This document shows positions 20,338 through 30,756 of a stretch of 64,000 nt of DNA, piece after piece; position 1 is the first letter of the stretch, and each line of letters begins with the position of its first letter. This stretch comes from Clostridia bacterium (GTDB lineage: Bacteria > Bacillota > Clostridia > JAAYHZ01). The DNA lies in contig JBMNIH010000002.1 of NCBI GenBank assembly GCA_050950825.1, positions 224,001 to 288,000 on the forward strand, in the 5' to 3' direction. The position numbers and the translations under genes were made by a program. A model generated the notes under the pieces. It was not told where the DNA came from. It was given only the letters and a program-made list of their open reading frames with translations, and did not search any database.

Positions 20338-21612
20338 TCAAGAGCTAAAAAGCTCAATTGCCGCTGCCGTCATTATGTCTCCGGCTTCATGAGCAAGCTT
20401 GCTGCTCCTTGTGGTTCGAACCTCGTAACCTCCTTGGGCAAAAGCTTCTTTAACGGGTATGTAGCCGTGTCTTCCGTTGGTATGGGAGGATAGAAAGTGA
20501 ACGAATCCCGGTTTTTCTTCCTTTATTCTAAGCCCGAATTCCGTAAATATGTCTCCCGGAAATCCGGTGATAAAAGCGTCTCCGATTTGGATGACTTGTA
20601 TCTCCACGGGAATCTCTTTCGTTTTGTATTGGGAAAAAACGAGAAGCTCTTCGGCAAAGACTTTTTCTATGGCCGGAGTATCCTCCGAAGCAAGCAATTC
20701 CTTCGCTTTTTGATATTCATCTTCGGAAACGGTCCGCAAGGGTATCGGCAATATCTTCGATTTGACCTTTACGGATACGTCTTCGCGGCATTGGATGAAA
20801 GGCCGGGTTTTTATAACTTCTCCCGCTAAAACCGCTCCCATCTTCTTGTAATGATACGGATCCGGTTTAGACTCCGCATGAATATCGATGTGATTGATAT
20901 TTCCCGAAAAACCGTTTAAAAACAACGTACAAAAATCTTTCCCGTAAACGGCTTTTAAGATTCGGGACAGTTCTCCGGGGTAATCGGCGCAGAACTCGTT
21001 ACCTCCGACGGTATCCAAATGGCATGCAAAATTCACAACCGCACCTAAAGGCCGATCATCCGTATCCGTTATGATCATCATCGTCAGATCCGGATCTACG
21101 GGACCTGCCGGCTTTTGAACGTTCGGGTTTTTCCTCCCCGGATTTGTTTTTACGCTTCCGTCTTTCATGACATACCTTCGATTAAAAGCAATGTTTTCCG
21201 CCTTCCCTTTTCCGAACCCCAATTTTACGGGCTTTAACTTGGAATCAGCGGAAGCCACGGCTTCAGCGGCCTTTTCTATCAAGAAGGATATGTAAGCCTC
21301 GTCTCTTTTCGTTCCAAAACAGTTGACTACGGGGCCACCCGTATGGGTATGGGTAAGGCATACCATTACATTTTGCTCGGGTATTTTTGTGAACTCATAA
21401 ACTCTTTCACGTATTCTTTTTACATCTTCGGCTTCAAAGTCCAAAGCGTCAATGGAAATTAAAGCCGCTGTTTCATCGTCCCGCCGAAATACGGCGGCTT
21501 TCGCATACAGATTGTCTTTTATTCCGTCTGCGAATCTTGCGTTCAAATAACCCGGTATGGGAAGCCCCAATTGCGGAGTTATATCCGTTTCGCTCATTCC
21601 GCATCGAATCAT
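20338..21612 (-). CDS. Neutral/alkaline ceramidase-like metallohydrolase
   Basis: DITP, THTHTGGP, FNRR, NFACH, ADYPG and GGYE motifs. Confidence 0.7.
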   Translation of the reverse strand: MIRCGMSETDITPQLGLPIPGYLNARFADGIKDNLYAKAAVFRRDDETAALISIDALDFEAEDVKRIRERVYEFTKIPEQNVMVCLTHTHTGGPVVNCFGTKRDEAYISFLIEKAAEAVASADSKLKPVKLGFGKGKAENIAFNRRYVMKDGSVKTNPGRKNPNVQKPAGPVDPDLTMMIITDTDDRPLGAVVNFACHLDTVGGNEFCADYPGELSRILKAVYGKDFCTLFLNGFSGNINHIDIHAESKPDPYHYKKMGAVLAGEVIKTRPFIQCREDVSVKVKSKILPIPLRTVSEDEYQKAKELLASEDTPAIEKVFAEELLVFSQYKTKEIPVEIQVIQIGDAFITGFPGDIFTEFGLRIKEEKPGFVHFLSSHTNGRHGYIPVKEAFAQGGYEVRTTRSSKLAHEAGDIMTAAAIELFSS

Positions 21613-21627
21613 AATAATCCCCTTTCC

Positions 21628-22911
21628 TTAGTCGTCGAAAATTACGGTGTATTTCCAAGCGTCCGCCGAGAAAACTTCATTCAAATTGGCTCCGTACTTT
21701 GTCAAATGGATTTCCATCTCCTTTGTTTCTCTGTCTTGAATAATGGAGAAGTTGGAAAGCTGCACCTTTTCGCTTTCCGTTTCGGGATTTCTTTTATCAA
21801 TAATTGTATAGGTAGCCTTTTTTAAAAATCCGGTATTTTCATCGACCTCCGCCATAACCAAGGGTTCCCTCGGAAAGCTTCCTTTCGTATCTTTAGGCGT
21901 AATATTGCCGATCCAATAAGCTTTTCCGTTCTTTATACTCCTTACAAACGCGGATATGCTGGCGGGAGAATAAACGAGCTCTCCGTCGTCAAATCGATAA
22001 GGAACGGGATCGGAAAAGGTCTTCCCCCCGTCGTCGGAATAGGTATACCACTTATGTGCGGGAGCATCCGGCGCGATTCGTGTATTCCACCCGGGCAAAT
22101 CCGTGTTGGCTCCTCGGAAAACCACCACAATCCTGCCGCTTTTTAGCAAAAGGATGGTTGGCTCGTCGATTCCTCGTGAAGATTTTAAATCGGATATGAC
22201 CAAAGGCTTCGAAGGATAAAAATCATACCGGTTTTCTTTTTCATTCCATACACCACGTACGACAATCAAGCCGTTGGCGATATGAGGACAGGAAGGGAAG
22301 ATATCGGAAGGATCTATCCCTAAAATTTTGCAACAAGCTTTTACTCTTGCACCGATGGGAAACAAAATGTCGCCGTTTGAGTCGATTTCAAGGTTACAGC
22401 CAAAGTAAGCCAAGTTCTTTTCGGTATACTCACGATCCAAATATTCTTTACCGCTGTAATCGGCTCCTTCTTCGTATTTGACCAAAAAAGAGCTCCGGTT
22501 CTCCAAGTCCTTTGAAACTTCAATGAAGGTGTGGTCCAAGGTTCCTTTGATCCCGGACCATAAAAGCCTGTAATCTTCGCGATGGCCGTTAGGAAACAGC
22601 CTTTGCATGCATAAAACCACATAGTGATCGTGATAAGGGTTGTAAACGGCAGGGGGCTTTGCCCACATGATTTCACCGTGACCCCATTTTTTTATGATTT
22701 GCTCGTATACGTTTTTCCATGGCGACCACGTACGTCCGTTATCGTAAGATACACGCTCGTATGCTTCGTTGGTGTAGTCGCTCTCGTAATCCACACATCT
22801 TCTGTGCACTTTCGTCAACCCCTGCCCTTTGTAATAGAAGCTGTGACTCGGTGCCATATTTTTTCCCGGTGATTTTTCAAAAAGCTCACGTTTTACCGAA
22901 TGAATTGACAT
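21628..22911 (-). CDS. BNR/Asp-box sialidase-like beta-propeller
   Basis: Asp-boxes SYDNGRTW and SDDGGKTF; DEP motif; start MSIHS after AAGGAGG. Confidence 0.65.
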   Translation of the reverse strand: MSIHSVKRELFEKSPGKNMAPSHSFYYKGQGLTKVHRRCVDYESDYTNEAYERVSYDNGRTWSPWKNVYEQIIKKWGHGEIMWAKPPAVYNPYHDHYVVLCMQRLFPNGHREDYRLLWSGIKGTLDHTFIEVSKDLENRSSFLVKYEEGADYSGKEYLDREYTEKNLAYFGCNLEIDSNGDILFPIGARVKACCKILGIDPSDIFPSCPHIANGLIVVRGVWNEKENRYDFYPSKPLVISDLKSSRGIDEPTILLLKSGRIVVVFRGANTDLPGWNTRIAPDAPAHKWYTYSDDGGKTFSDPVPYRFDDGELVYSPASISAFVRSIKNGKAYWIGNITPKDTKGSFPREPLVMAEVDENTGFLKKATYTIIDKRNPETESEKVQLSNFSIIQDRETKEMEIHLTKYGANLNEVFSADAWKYTVIFDD

Positions 22912-22951
22912 TTTGTATCCCTCCTTATCCCTTACCCTTTGCCGTAAGGTT

Positions 22952-24424
22952 TTATTCCGACCAGTCGATATTATCAAGAACCCATGCAGTCAACTCGTTT
23001 AAAGACGGATGAATCACCATGGATTCATTGATGGTCGTAAATCCGCTTAGCTGCGGGCATACCGAATTCTCGCATTTTTGAATCTCACGCTTGCTGCATT
23101 TAATATCCGAATCCATAAGATATACAAAGGATTGAATCAGAATCGAGGCATGAGGACCCACGATATGCGCTCCTAAAATTCTTCGATTGCCGTCTACAAT
23201 GATTTTGATAAACCCGTTATCCGTCGATCTGCTGTTTATGCCCAATGCGATGCCTCCGGCTATTTGGGAATAATAGTTACGGCCGATATAGCATTTGATG
23301 CCCTTTTTTTCGGCTTGTTCTTGGGTCATTCCTACGTGGGCAACTTGAGGATGGGTAAATACGGCCCAAGGCACCGTATCATAGGTTGCCTTTCTTTTTT
23401 CACCTTCCGTAAACAGGTTGTGAATAAGGATCTCCGCTTCGTAATTGGCTTTATGCCGGAATTGGTATATACCGTTGATATCTCCGATGGCATAGATATT
23501 TTCCTGCGTTGTTTCCAAGTACTCGTTGGTCTTTATCCAACCTCTCTCATCGGTTTCAACAAGGGTATTCTCAAGATGCAAAGTGTCGCCGCTGGAACGA
23601 AGACCGGATGCGATAAATATTTCTTCCGCCTCGAAGATATGGACTTTACCGGTCGTCCTGTCTTGGACGGTTAGGGTTTTCATGGTGCCGTTTTTACCGG
23701 AATCCAAAATATCGATGTTCGTTATTACCGAAATACCGACGTTTTTAAACTCTCTTTCGACAAAAGCGCTGATTTCTTGTTCTTCCGTTGACAGTATACG
23801 ATCGTTTCTCTCTAAAACGGTTACCTTCGTTCCGAAGGCGGAGAAAATATGGGCAAACTCCGCACCGATCACGCCCCCTCCGACTATGAGGAGGCTTTTC
23901 CATGGCTTTTTCGGGTACTTGTCTCCGAAAAAGGTTTCGTATGTAATATATCCCGCATCTTCGATATTTTTAATGGGAGGTACAAAGGATCTTGCACCGC
24001 CGGCGATAACGATAATATCTCCTTGGATTTCTTCCGAGTAATCCCCCTCGGGAAGCCTTACTCTCAACGTGTTTTTTCCCGTAAATTCAGCCGTTCCGTT
24101 GTACACTTGAAGGTTTTCAATCTTTTTTAGATTCTTTTCGATGGAAAGGCTGTAATTGATTTGTTTCCACATTCTTTTGGAGATTACATTCCAATCTACA
24201 TGAGGCTTTTTGAATTGAACTCCGACCCTATCGGATTTTTCCGTTTCTCGAATGAGATCCGCAGGATAAACAAGCATTTTTGACGGGATGCAGCCTTTTG
24301 TAAGGCACGTACCTCCGAATTTTGACTTTTCGATAATGGCGCATTTTAAGCCCATCGTCACGGCGGCTTCGATAACCATAAGCCCTGCACCGCTGCCGAT
24401 CACAACAATGTCAAATTTTTTCAT
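22952..24424 (-). CDS. Class I pyridine nucleotide-disulfide oxidoreductase (dihydrolipoamide dehydrogenase/mycothione-reductase-like)
   Basis: GSGAG, GGTCLTKGCIPSK, GGGVIGAE, YAIGD and HPSLNE motifs. Confidence 0.85.
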   Translation of the reverse strand: MKKFDIVVIGSGAGLMVIEAAVTMGLKCAIIEKSKFGGTCLTKGCIPSKMLVYPADLIRETEKSDRVGVQFKKPHVDWNVISKRMWKQINYSLSIEKNLKKIENLQVYNGTAEFTGKNTLRVRLPEGDYSEEIQGDIIVIAGGARSFVPPIKNIEDAGYITYETFFGDKYPKKPWKSLLIVGGGVIGAEFAHIFSAFGTKVTVLERNDRILSTEEQEISAFVEREFKNVGISVITNIDILDSGKNGTMKTLTVQDRTTGKVHIFEAEEIFIASGLRSSGDTLHLENTLVETDERGWIKTNEYLETTQENIYAIGDINGIYQFRHKANYEAEILIHNLFTEGEKRKATYDTVPWAVFTHPQVAHVGMTQEQAEKKGIKCYIGRNYYSQIAGGIALGINSRSTDNGFIKIIVDGNRRILGAHIVGPHASILIQSFVYLMDSDIKCSKREIQKCENSVCPQLSGFTTINESMVIHPSLNELTAWVLDNIDWSE

Positions 24425-24510
24425 GTCCTGCCTCCTCGTTCGCTTCACGATTTTCACTTTAAGTCTATTATATACACAAGTTGAAAAAGAAGTCTATTCT
24501 TCCGGGGAAG

Positions 24511-25014
24511 TTACAACGGTTTTTCGTAGCGAAGCTCCGTTAAATTTTTACCGATTTGTATATCCTTTTTATACCCTTTGTATCGAAAACCGATTTTTTC
24601 GTAAAAATTCCGTGCACGGATGTTTTCCTCAAGGACCCAAAGGGTCGCCTTTTCGAAGCCTCGGTTTGAAAGCTCCTCCAATCCCCAAAGCAAAGCGTAT
24701 GCACCGATGCCCTTGCCCCAATACTCGGGCAAGATATACAGCCCCCGTACTTCGCCGGTCCTTGCGTCTTGGTCTTCGTCTCGGCACTTTCCGATGCATA
24801 TCAACCCTACAGGATTGTTATCATAAAAGACGAGAAAGTCTTCTTCCCGCTCTTCTGTCAAAGCCTTTTCAAAGTATTTTTGTCTCTTTTCCGGGGTAAA
24901 TCGGTCCAAGAACGAATCCGGCACAATGTTTTTATAAGCCGCTTTCCATGATTTTGCGTGAATTTCTCCCAATACGGAAGAATCTTTTACGGCGGCTTTT
25001 CGAATTTCGATCAT
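24511..25014 (-). CDS. GNAT acetyltransferase
   Basis: LYILPEYWGKGIG and NIRARNFYEKIGF motifs. Confidence 0.88.
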   Translation of the reverse strand: MIEIRKAAVKDSSVLGEIHAKSWKAAYKNIVPDSFLDRFTPEKRQKYFEKALTEEREEDFLVFYDNNPVGLICIGKCRDEDQDARTGEVRGLYILPEYWGKGIGAYALLWGLEELSNRGFEKATLWVLEENIRARNFYEKIGFRYKGYKKDIQIGKNLTELRYEKPL

Positions 25015-25060
25015 ATCCTTTTTCCTGCTTTTATTGTTTATGATATTTCTTCGATAAAAA

Positions 25061-25093
25061 TGAAAGGTTCTCCTGCATTACGGGGAACCTTTC
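25061..25093. terminator. Terminator after the MATE gene
   Basis: GAAAGGTTCTCC...GGGGAACCTTTC hairpin. Confidence 0.65.
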
Positions 25094-25110
25094 GTTTTCT
25101 CAATGTTATA

Positions 25111-26553
25111 TTATTCCGTTGCCAAAGCGGCATTTTCCTGTGCCAATTCCGCTTCGATTCGGTTGACTTGCCTCTTCTTCCATCTTCCCGCTTTGTAAGC
25201 AATTACGTTAATGATCATACCGAGGGTCCAAGCGGACAGAAGAGATACGAACACCATCTTTTGCTGCGTTAAAACGGGAGCTCCGGCATTTCGGGTAATG
25301 GCGACCAATATATACGCCAAAGGTACTCTTATCAAAATGGATGTGGCAAGACTGATCCACATGGGCGTTACCGTATCCCCGGCTCCTCGCATCACTCCCG
25401 ATAAGCTTTGGGTTATGCTCATGGCAACATATCCCGGGGAGATAATGTACATCATGGTCATGGACATGTTAATAAGCTGAACATTTCCGGGTGTAAACAG
25501 ACCCATCAAGGAAGGTCCTCCGATAAGCACCAGCGGGGTTAAAATCACCGCCGTTAAAAAGGCCATCAGCGTACCCTGTTTTGTTCCTTGGTACAGTCGA
25601 TCCAGTTTTCTTGCACCTACATTTTGACCTGCGTATGTACTCATGGCTTGGCCGAAGCTAAAGTTCGGCAGCATGGCGTATCCGTCCACACGCATCACCA
25701 TAACGTTGCAGGCTACGAACATGGCGTCTTCAAAGCTGTTGATAAGCGCTTGAACCGCCAACATGGCAAAGGAGAATATGGCTTGTGTAAGTCCCGAAGG
25801 AAGCCCTAAACGAACAAGGTCCTTGACAAACATTTTCTTCGGTTTTAAGGTCTCCTTTGTCAGTACAAAAAGGTGTTTTAACCTTAAAAGTTGCATTAAA
25901 CACAGCATGGCCGATATAATTTGCGAGACCACCGTTGCGATGGCCACACCGGCAACACCCATGGAGTCCACCAAGAGAATATCGCCTACAACGTTCAGAC
26001 CGGAACAGATAAACAATATAACCAAAGCCGAGAACGAGTCACCGAGACCTCGAAGAATACCGGCAAAAATGTTGTAGAACAAGGTACCGGCGATGCCCAA
26101 AAAGAAAATATTCAAATAGCTGCGGCTTTGATCGAAAACCTCCGGTAAGGTGTCCACCGCTCTCAACAGGGGACCGGTTATGATGGGACCTACGATCATG
26201 ATAAATACGGATGCCAAGCCGGTTATGGTAATGCAGTTGCCGATGGTCATCCCCAGCTCTTCTTTTTTTCGAGCACCGAAGTATTGGGATACCAATACGC
26301 CGGCTCCCGTTGCAATACCTACAAAAAGCGAAAGCAACAGGAACATGACAGGCCCTGCGTTTCCAACCGCCGCCAAGGCGGTGTAACCCCATTTGCTTCG
26401 GCCGACCACAACGGCGTCTACCGTATTGTACAATTGCTGAGCGAAGTTTCCGATCAGCATGGGAAAGGCGAATTCCGCAATTCTCTTCCACGGCGGACCG
26501 ATACACATATCTCGAGGGCTGAATATGCTTCGAACTTTATTTATAAAACTCAT
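25111..26553 (-). CDS. MATE-family efflux transporter
   Basis: About 12 TM helices; QQLYNTVD, LRGLGDS, GQNVGA and MRGAGDT motifs. Confidence 0.92.
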   Translation of the reverse strand: MSFINKVRSIFSPRDMCIGPPWKRIAEFAFPMLIGNFAQQLYNTVDAVVVGRSKWGYTALAAVGNAGPVMFLLLSLFVGIATGAGVLVSQYFGARKKEELGMTIGNCITITGLASVFIMIVGPIITGPLLRAVDTLPEVFDQSRSYLNIFFLGIAGTLFYNIFAGILRGLGDSFSALVILFICSGLNVVGDILLVDSMGVAGVAIATVVSQIISAMLCLMQLLRLKHLFVLTKETLKPKKMFVKDLVRLGLPSGLTQAIFSFAMLAVQALINSFEDAMFVACNVMVMRVDGYAMLPNFSFGQAMSTYAGQNVGARKLDRLYQGTKQGTLMAFLTAVILTPLVLIGGPSLMGLFTPGNVQLINMSMTMMYIISPGYVAMSITQSLSGVMRGAGDTVTPMWISLATSILIRVPLAYILVAITRNAGAPVLTQQKMVFVSLLSAWTLGMIINVIAYKAGRWKKRQVNRIEAELAQENAALATE

Positions 26554-26721
26554 AACACTCTCTTTCCTACTTTTATATATTCAATATAGTCAAATATGAA
26601 TCATACTACCACAGAAACTCGTCTGTTCCAATATGAAATTTTTAAAAAATTCATGAAAAAATCATGGAAAAGGCACCGTAAAGCAGTGCCATATTGAATC
26701 CTATGTCATTATTTCATCATT

Positions 26722-27843
26722 TTACGACAAACGTTCTTTAAAATCCTCGTATCCGAAACGCTTGACGACTTTATAATTTCCTTCCGAGTCGATGCTTGCT
26801 ATATCCGGCAATTTTACGCCGTTGAAGGTGTTGTTTTTCACCATGGTATAGATGGCCATATCGCAGAAAATAACTCGGTCTCCTATTTTCAATTCCTTCT
26901 CAAAAGAATAATCCCCGATAATATCGCCGGCCAAGCATGTAAGGCCGCCGAAGCGGTAGGTATAAGGTTTTTCATACGGATCGAAAGCTCCGATGACCTT
27001 CGGCCTGTAGGGCATCTCCAAAACGTCCGGCATATGACAAGCGGCGGAGGTGTCCAAAATGGCCGTCTTTATTTCGTTCTCTGTAATATCCAATACGGTG
27101 CTCACTAAAAATCCGGCGTTTAACGCAATAGCCTCTCCCGGCTCCAAGTACACTTCCGTGTTGTATTTTTTCTTAAAGTCGACGATTAATTTTACAAGCA
27201 GGTCGATATCGTATCCTTCCCGGGTAATGTGGTGACCGCCTCCGAAATTGACCCATTCCAAATCGTAAAAATACTTACCAAACTGTTCTTCTACCGCATT
27301 GAGGGTCGCCGCCAAGTCCTTGCTGTCCTGCTCGCATAAGGTGTGAAAGTGAAGGCCGCTGATTCCTTTCGGCAGATAAAACCGATCCTTGATCACTCCT
27401 AAACGGGAGCCTTTGCCGCAAGGGTCGTAGATACCCCGGCTTTGCGTGGAAAACCGGGGATTGATCCTGATACCGAACTTTTTGTTCGACTTCAGCGCCT
27501 TCTCCTTATACTTCTCCCATTGGGACATGGAATTGAATATGATATGGTCGCAAATCTCCAGGATCTCGTCAAACTCTTCCTCGATATATGCGGTGGAAAA
27601 AACATGGTTTTCTTTACCCATTTCTTCATAAGACAGCTTGGCTTCGTAAAGGCCGGAAGCGGCGGTACCGTGAAGGTATCTGCCGATTAACGGGTACAAA
27701 CGAAACATGGAGAAGGCCTTTTGCGCCAACAAGATTTTGCAGCCGGCACGGTCGGATACGGATTTTAAAATTTTTAAATTCTTTTCAATCAGCCCTTCGT
27801 CTACGACATAGACCGGTGTCTTGATTCCTTCCGGTATTTTCAT
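26722..27843 (-). CDS. nspC: Carboxy(nor)spermidine decarboxylase
   Basis: LLAQKAF, HFHTLCEQ, GGGHHIT, HMPDVLEMPYRP, TCLAGD and YTMVKNNTFNG motifs. Confidence 0.93.
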   Translation of the reverse strand: MKIPEGIKTPVYVVDEGLIEKNLKILKSVSDRAGCKILLAQKAFSMFRLYPLIGRYLHGTAASGLYEAKLSYEEMGKENHVFSTAYIEEEFDEILEICDHIIFNSMSQWEKYKEKALKSNKKFGIRINPRFSTQSRGIYDPCGKGSRLGVIKDRFYLPKGISGLHFHTLCEQDSKDLAATLNAVEEQFGKYFYDLEWVNFGGGHHITREGYDIDLLVKLIVDFKKKYNTEVYLEPGEAIALNAGFLVSTVLDITENEIKTAILDTSAACHMPDVLEMPYRPKVIGAFDPYEKPYTYRFGGLTCLAGDIIGDYSFEKELKIGDRVIFCDMAIYTMVKNNTFNGVKLPDIASIDSEGNYKVVKRFGYEDFKERLS

Positions 27844-27854
27844 ATCTTCCTCCG

Positions 27855-29054
27855 TCAGTCCACCAATACCGGATTAAAATCCTCGTGCCAAGGAAGACCC
27901 CATTTGTTCAAGGCATCCATGAACGGATCGGGATCAAACTCTTCCACGTTGTATACCCCGGGCTTCATCCATTTCCCTTGTATCATCAGCATAGCGCCGA
28001 TCATGGCCGGTACTCCGGTGGTATAGGATATGGCTTGGCTTTCCGTTTCTTTGTAGCTTTCTTGGTGGTCGCATACGTTGTATACGTAATAGGTTCTTTC
28101 CTTTCCGTCCTTAATCCCTTGGAAGATACAGCCGATATTGGTTTTTCCCTTTGTTCTCGGCCCCAAGGAGGCCGGATCCGGCAGCACCGCTTTCAAAAAC
28201 TGCAGGGGTACAATCTTCATACCGTTAAAATCGATGGGCTCTATGGAGGTCATACCCACATTTTGCAGGCATTTTAAATGGGTCAGGTAGCTTTGTCCGA
28301 AGGTCATAAAGAAGCGGATTCGCTTTAATCCTCTCACGTTCTTTACAAGGCTTTCCAGCTCTTCATGGTACAAAAGGTACATATCTTTTTCGCCGATTTG
28401 AGGAAAGTCGTACACCCGTTTGATTTCCATAGGCTCCGTTTCCACCCAACGACCGTTTTCCCAGTACCTGCCTTTGGACGTAACCTCGCGGATATTGATT
28501 TCCGGATTGAAATTGGTTGCAAAAGGATACCCGTGATCGCCGCCGTTGCAATCCAAAATGTCGATATAGTGGATTTCGTCGAAATAATGCTTTTGGGCAT
28601 AAGCGGTAAATACTCCGGTAACGCCGGGATCGAATCCGCAGCCTAACAAAGCCATAATTCCCGCTTTTTCGAATTTTTCTTTATACGCCCATTGCCATTT
28701 GTATTCGAACTTAGCCGTATCCTTCGGCTCGTAATTGGCCGTGTCCAAGTAATGGGTTTTCGTTGCAAGGCAAGCATCCATGATGGTCAGATCCTGGTAA
28801 GGAAGCGCCAAATTGATCACTACATCCGGCTTGAAGGATTCAATTAAAGGAATCAATTGATCCGTATAATCCGCATCCACTTGGGCCGTATGGATCTTTG
28901 TTTTACCGCCCTCCAATTTCGCCTTCAAAGCATCGCATTTGCTTTTGGTTCGGCTTGCAATCATAATTTCTTCAAATACGTCGCTGTTTTGGCAGCATTT
29001 GCGAATGGTAACGTTCGCAACGCCTCCGCATCCTATAATCAATGCCTTTCCCAT
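27855..29054 (-). CDS. Carboxy(nor)spermidine dehydrogenase (saccharopine dehydrogenase family)
   Basis: ALPYQDLTIMDAC, GCGFDPG, FATNFNPEIN and QAISYTTGVP motifs; adjacent to nspC. Confidence 0.92.
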   Translation of the reverse strand: MGKALIIGCGGVANVTIRKCCQNSDVFEEIMIASRTKSKCDALKAKLEGGKTKIHTAQVDADYTDQLIPLIESFKPDVVINLALPYQDLTIMDACLATKTHYLDTANYEPKDTAKFEYKWQWAYKEKFEKAGIMALLGCGFDPGVTGVFTAYAQKHYFDEIHYIDILDCNGGDHGYPFATNFNPEINIREVTSKGRYWENGRWVETEPMEIKRVYDFPQIGEKDMYLLYHEELESLVKNVRGLKRIRFFMTFGQSYLTHLKCLQNVGMTSIEPIDFNGMKIVPLQFLKAVLPDPASLGPRTKGKTNIGCIFQGIKDGKERTYYVYNVCDHQESYKETESQAISYTTGVPAMIGAMLMIQGKWMKPGVYNVEEFDPDPFMDALNKWGLPWHEDFNPVLVD

Positions 29055-29058
29055 AGTG

Positions 29059-29907
29059 TCAACCTCCGATTAATAATAGAATTTCTCTTAGCAGCTTACA
29101 CGCAACCGCCGTCGATACGCCGCTAGGGTCATAGTGGGGAGCCAATTCGCAAACGTCGGCTCCAACCATAACAAGGTCCTTCATTTTCAACAAGGCACCC
29201 AGCAATTCCTTAAATGTCACTCCGCCGGCCTCCGGGGTTCCCGTTCCCCCCAGTACGGAAGGATCCAAAACGTCAAGGTCCAAGGACAAGTAAACCGGCT
29301 TGCCGGACAATCGGGGCAAAAGCTCTTCCAACCCCGAAAAATCGAATTTTCGTATAAACAAGTGTTTTTCCGCAAACTCAAACTCATGCTTTTCTCCGCT
29401 TCGTATACCGAATTGGAAGATACGCTTGTCCCCCAAGATTTCCCACAGCCTTTTCATGACACAGGCATGGGAAAGCTTTTCTCCTAAGTAATGATCCCGA
29501 AGGTCCGTATGGGCATCCATATGGATGACGTGAAGGTCCGGATATTCGTCAACCAAAGCCCGTACGGTGCCTAAAGTAACCAAATGCTCCCCTCCTACCA
29601 TGACCGGTACCTTCTTGTCCTTTATAAGGCGGCGGCAGTAGTTTTCAATAACAGAAAGAGCATGCTCGGTATTTCCGAACGGAAGCTCCAAATCGCCGCC
29701 GTCATAAACTTCAATATCGCACAAGTCCTTGTCTTGGTAAGGAGAATAGGTTTCAATCCCATAGGACTCGCTCCGAACGGCGCTGCTGCCGAATCTTGCT
29801 CCGGGCCGATAGGAGACGGTTCCGTCAAAGGGAGCACCGAATAAAACAATGCTCGCATCCTTGTATTCCCTGTCGCATCCGATAAATGTTTGTATGTTTT
29901 TATTCAC
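29059..29907 (-). CDS. speB: Agmatinase
   Basis: GGEH, DAHTD, DLDVLDP and GTGTPEAGG motifs. Confidence 0.92.
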   Translation of the reverse strand: MNKNIQTFIGCDREYKDASIVLFGAPFDGTVSYRPGARFGSSAVRSESYGIETYSPYQDKDLCDIEVYDGGDLELPFGNTEHALSVIENYCRRLIKDKKVPVMVGGEHLVTLGTVRALVDEYPDLHVIHMDAHTDLRDHYLGEKLSHACVMKRLWEILGDKRIFQFGIRSGEKHEFEFAEKHLFIRKFDFSGLEELLPRLSGKPVYLSLDLDVLDPSVLGGTGTPEAGGVTFKELLGALLKMKDLVMVGADVCELAPHYDPSGVSTAVACKLLREILLLIGG

Positions 29908-30751
29908 TTTCGCGCAGCATCTCCTCTACGTAAACCGGTAAGTAAAAAGCTCCTTTATGCAAATTGGTGCTGTAATACTTGGTCTTTATTCCCAAACGAT
30001 TCCATTCCTCCGCTCTCAAGTGAGCGACGGGATGATATTTTTTTGAAGCAAACCCGAACAACCAGTGTCCGGAAGGATAGGTCGGGATATGGGCTTGGTA
30101 GACACGGCTGATGGGAAAGGACTCCACAATCCTTTTGTGTGCTCTCTTCATGGCCATGGCATCCCCGTCGTAAAACGGACTTTCGTGCTGGTTCACCATA
30201 ATTCCGTCGGACTTTAAGGCTTTGTAGCAGTTACCGTAAAATTCTCTCGTGAACAGCCCTTCCCCCGGTCCGAAAGGATCCGTGGAATCTACGATTATAA
30301 GGTCGTAGGTATCCACGTATTTTCGAACAAATTTCAAGCCGTCTTGGTAGTAGATGCGAAGTCTGGGATCGTCAAACTTGCAAGCCGTCTTCGGTAAATA
30401 CTGCTTGCATACTTCCACGACCATTTCGTCGATTTCCACCATATCGATTTCCTTTATGGTGTCATAACGGGTCAGCTCTCTTATTACCCCGCCGTCTCCG
30501 GCGCCGATAACCAGCACTTTCTCCACATTCGGATGGACCGCCATGGGAACATGGGTAATCATTTCATGGTAAATGAATTCATCCTTTTCCGTCAGCATCA
30601 TATACCCGTCAAGAGTTAAAAAACGTCCGAACTCATAAGACTCAAAAACATCGATTCTTTGATACTCGCTTTCCCCGCTAAAAAGATGCTTGTTCACTTT
30701 AATTTGCAGCCTTACGTTTTTGGTATGATGTTCGCTAAACCATAAATCCAT
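29900..30751 (-). CDS. speE: Spermidine synthase / polyamine aminopropyltransferase
   Basis: DEFIYHEM, IGAGDGG, DSTDP and PTYPSG motifs; start MDLWFSE after AGGAG. Confidence 0.93.
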   Translation of the reverse strand: MDLWFSEHHTKNVRLQIKVNKHLFSGESEYQRIDVFESYEFGRFLTLDGYMMLTEKDEFIYHEMITHVPMAVHPNVEKVLVIGAGDGGVIRELTRYDTIKEIDMVEIDEMVVEVCKQYLPKTACKFDDPRLRIYYQDGLKFVRKYVDTYDLIIVDSTDPFGPGEGLFTREFYGNCYKALKSDGIMVNQHESPFYDGDAMAMKRAHKRIVESFPISRVYQAHIPTYPSGHWLFGFASKKYHPVAHLRAEEWNRLGIKTKYYSTNLHKGAFYLPVYVEEMLRESE

Positions 30752-30756
30752 TTTAT

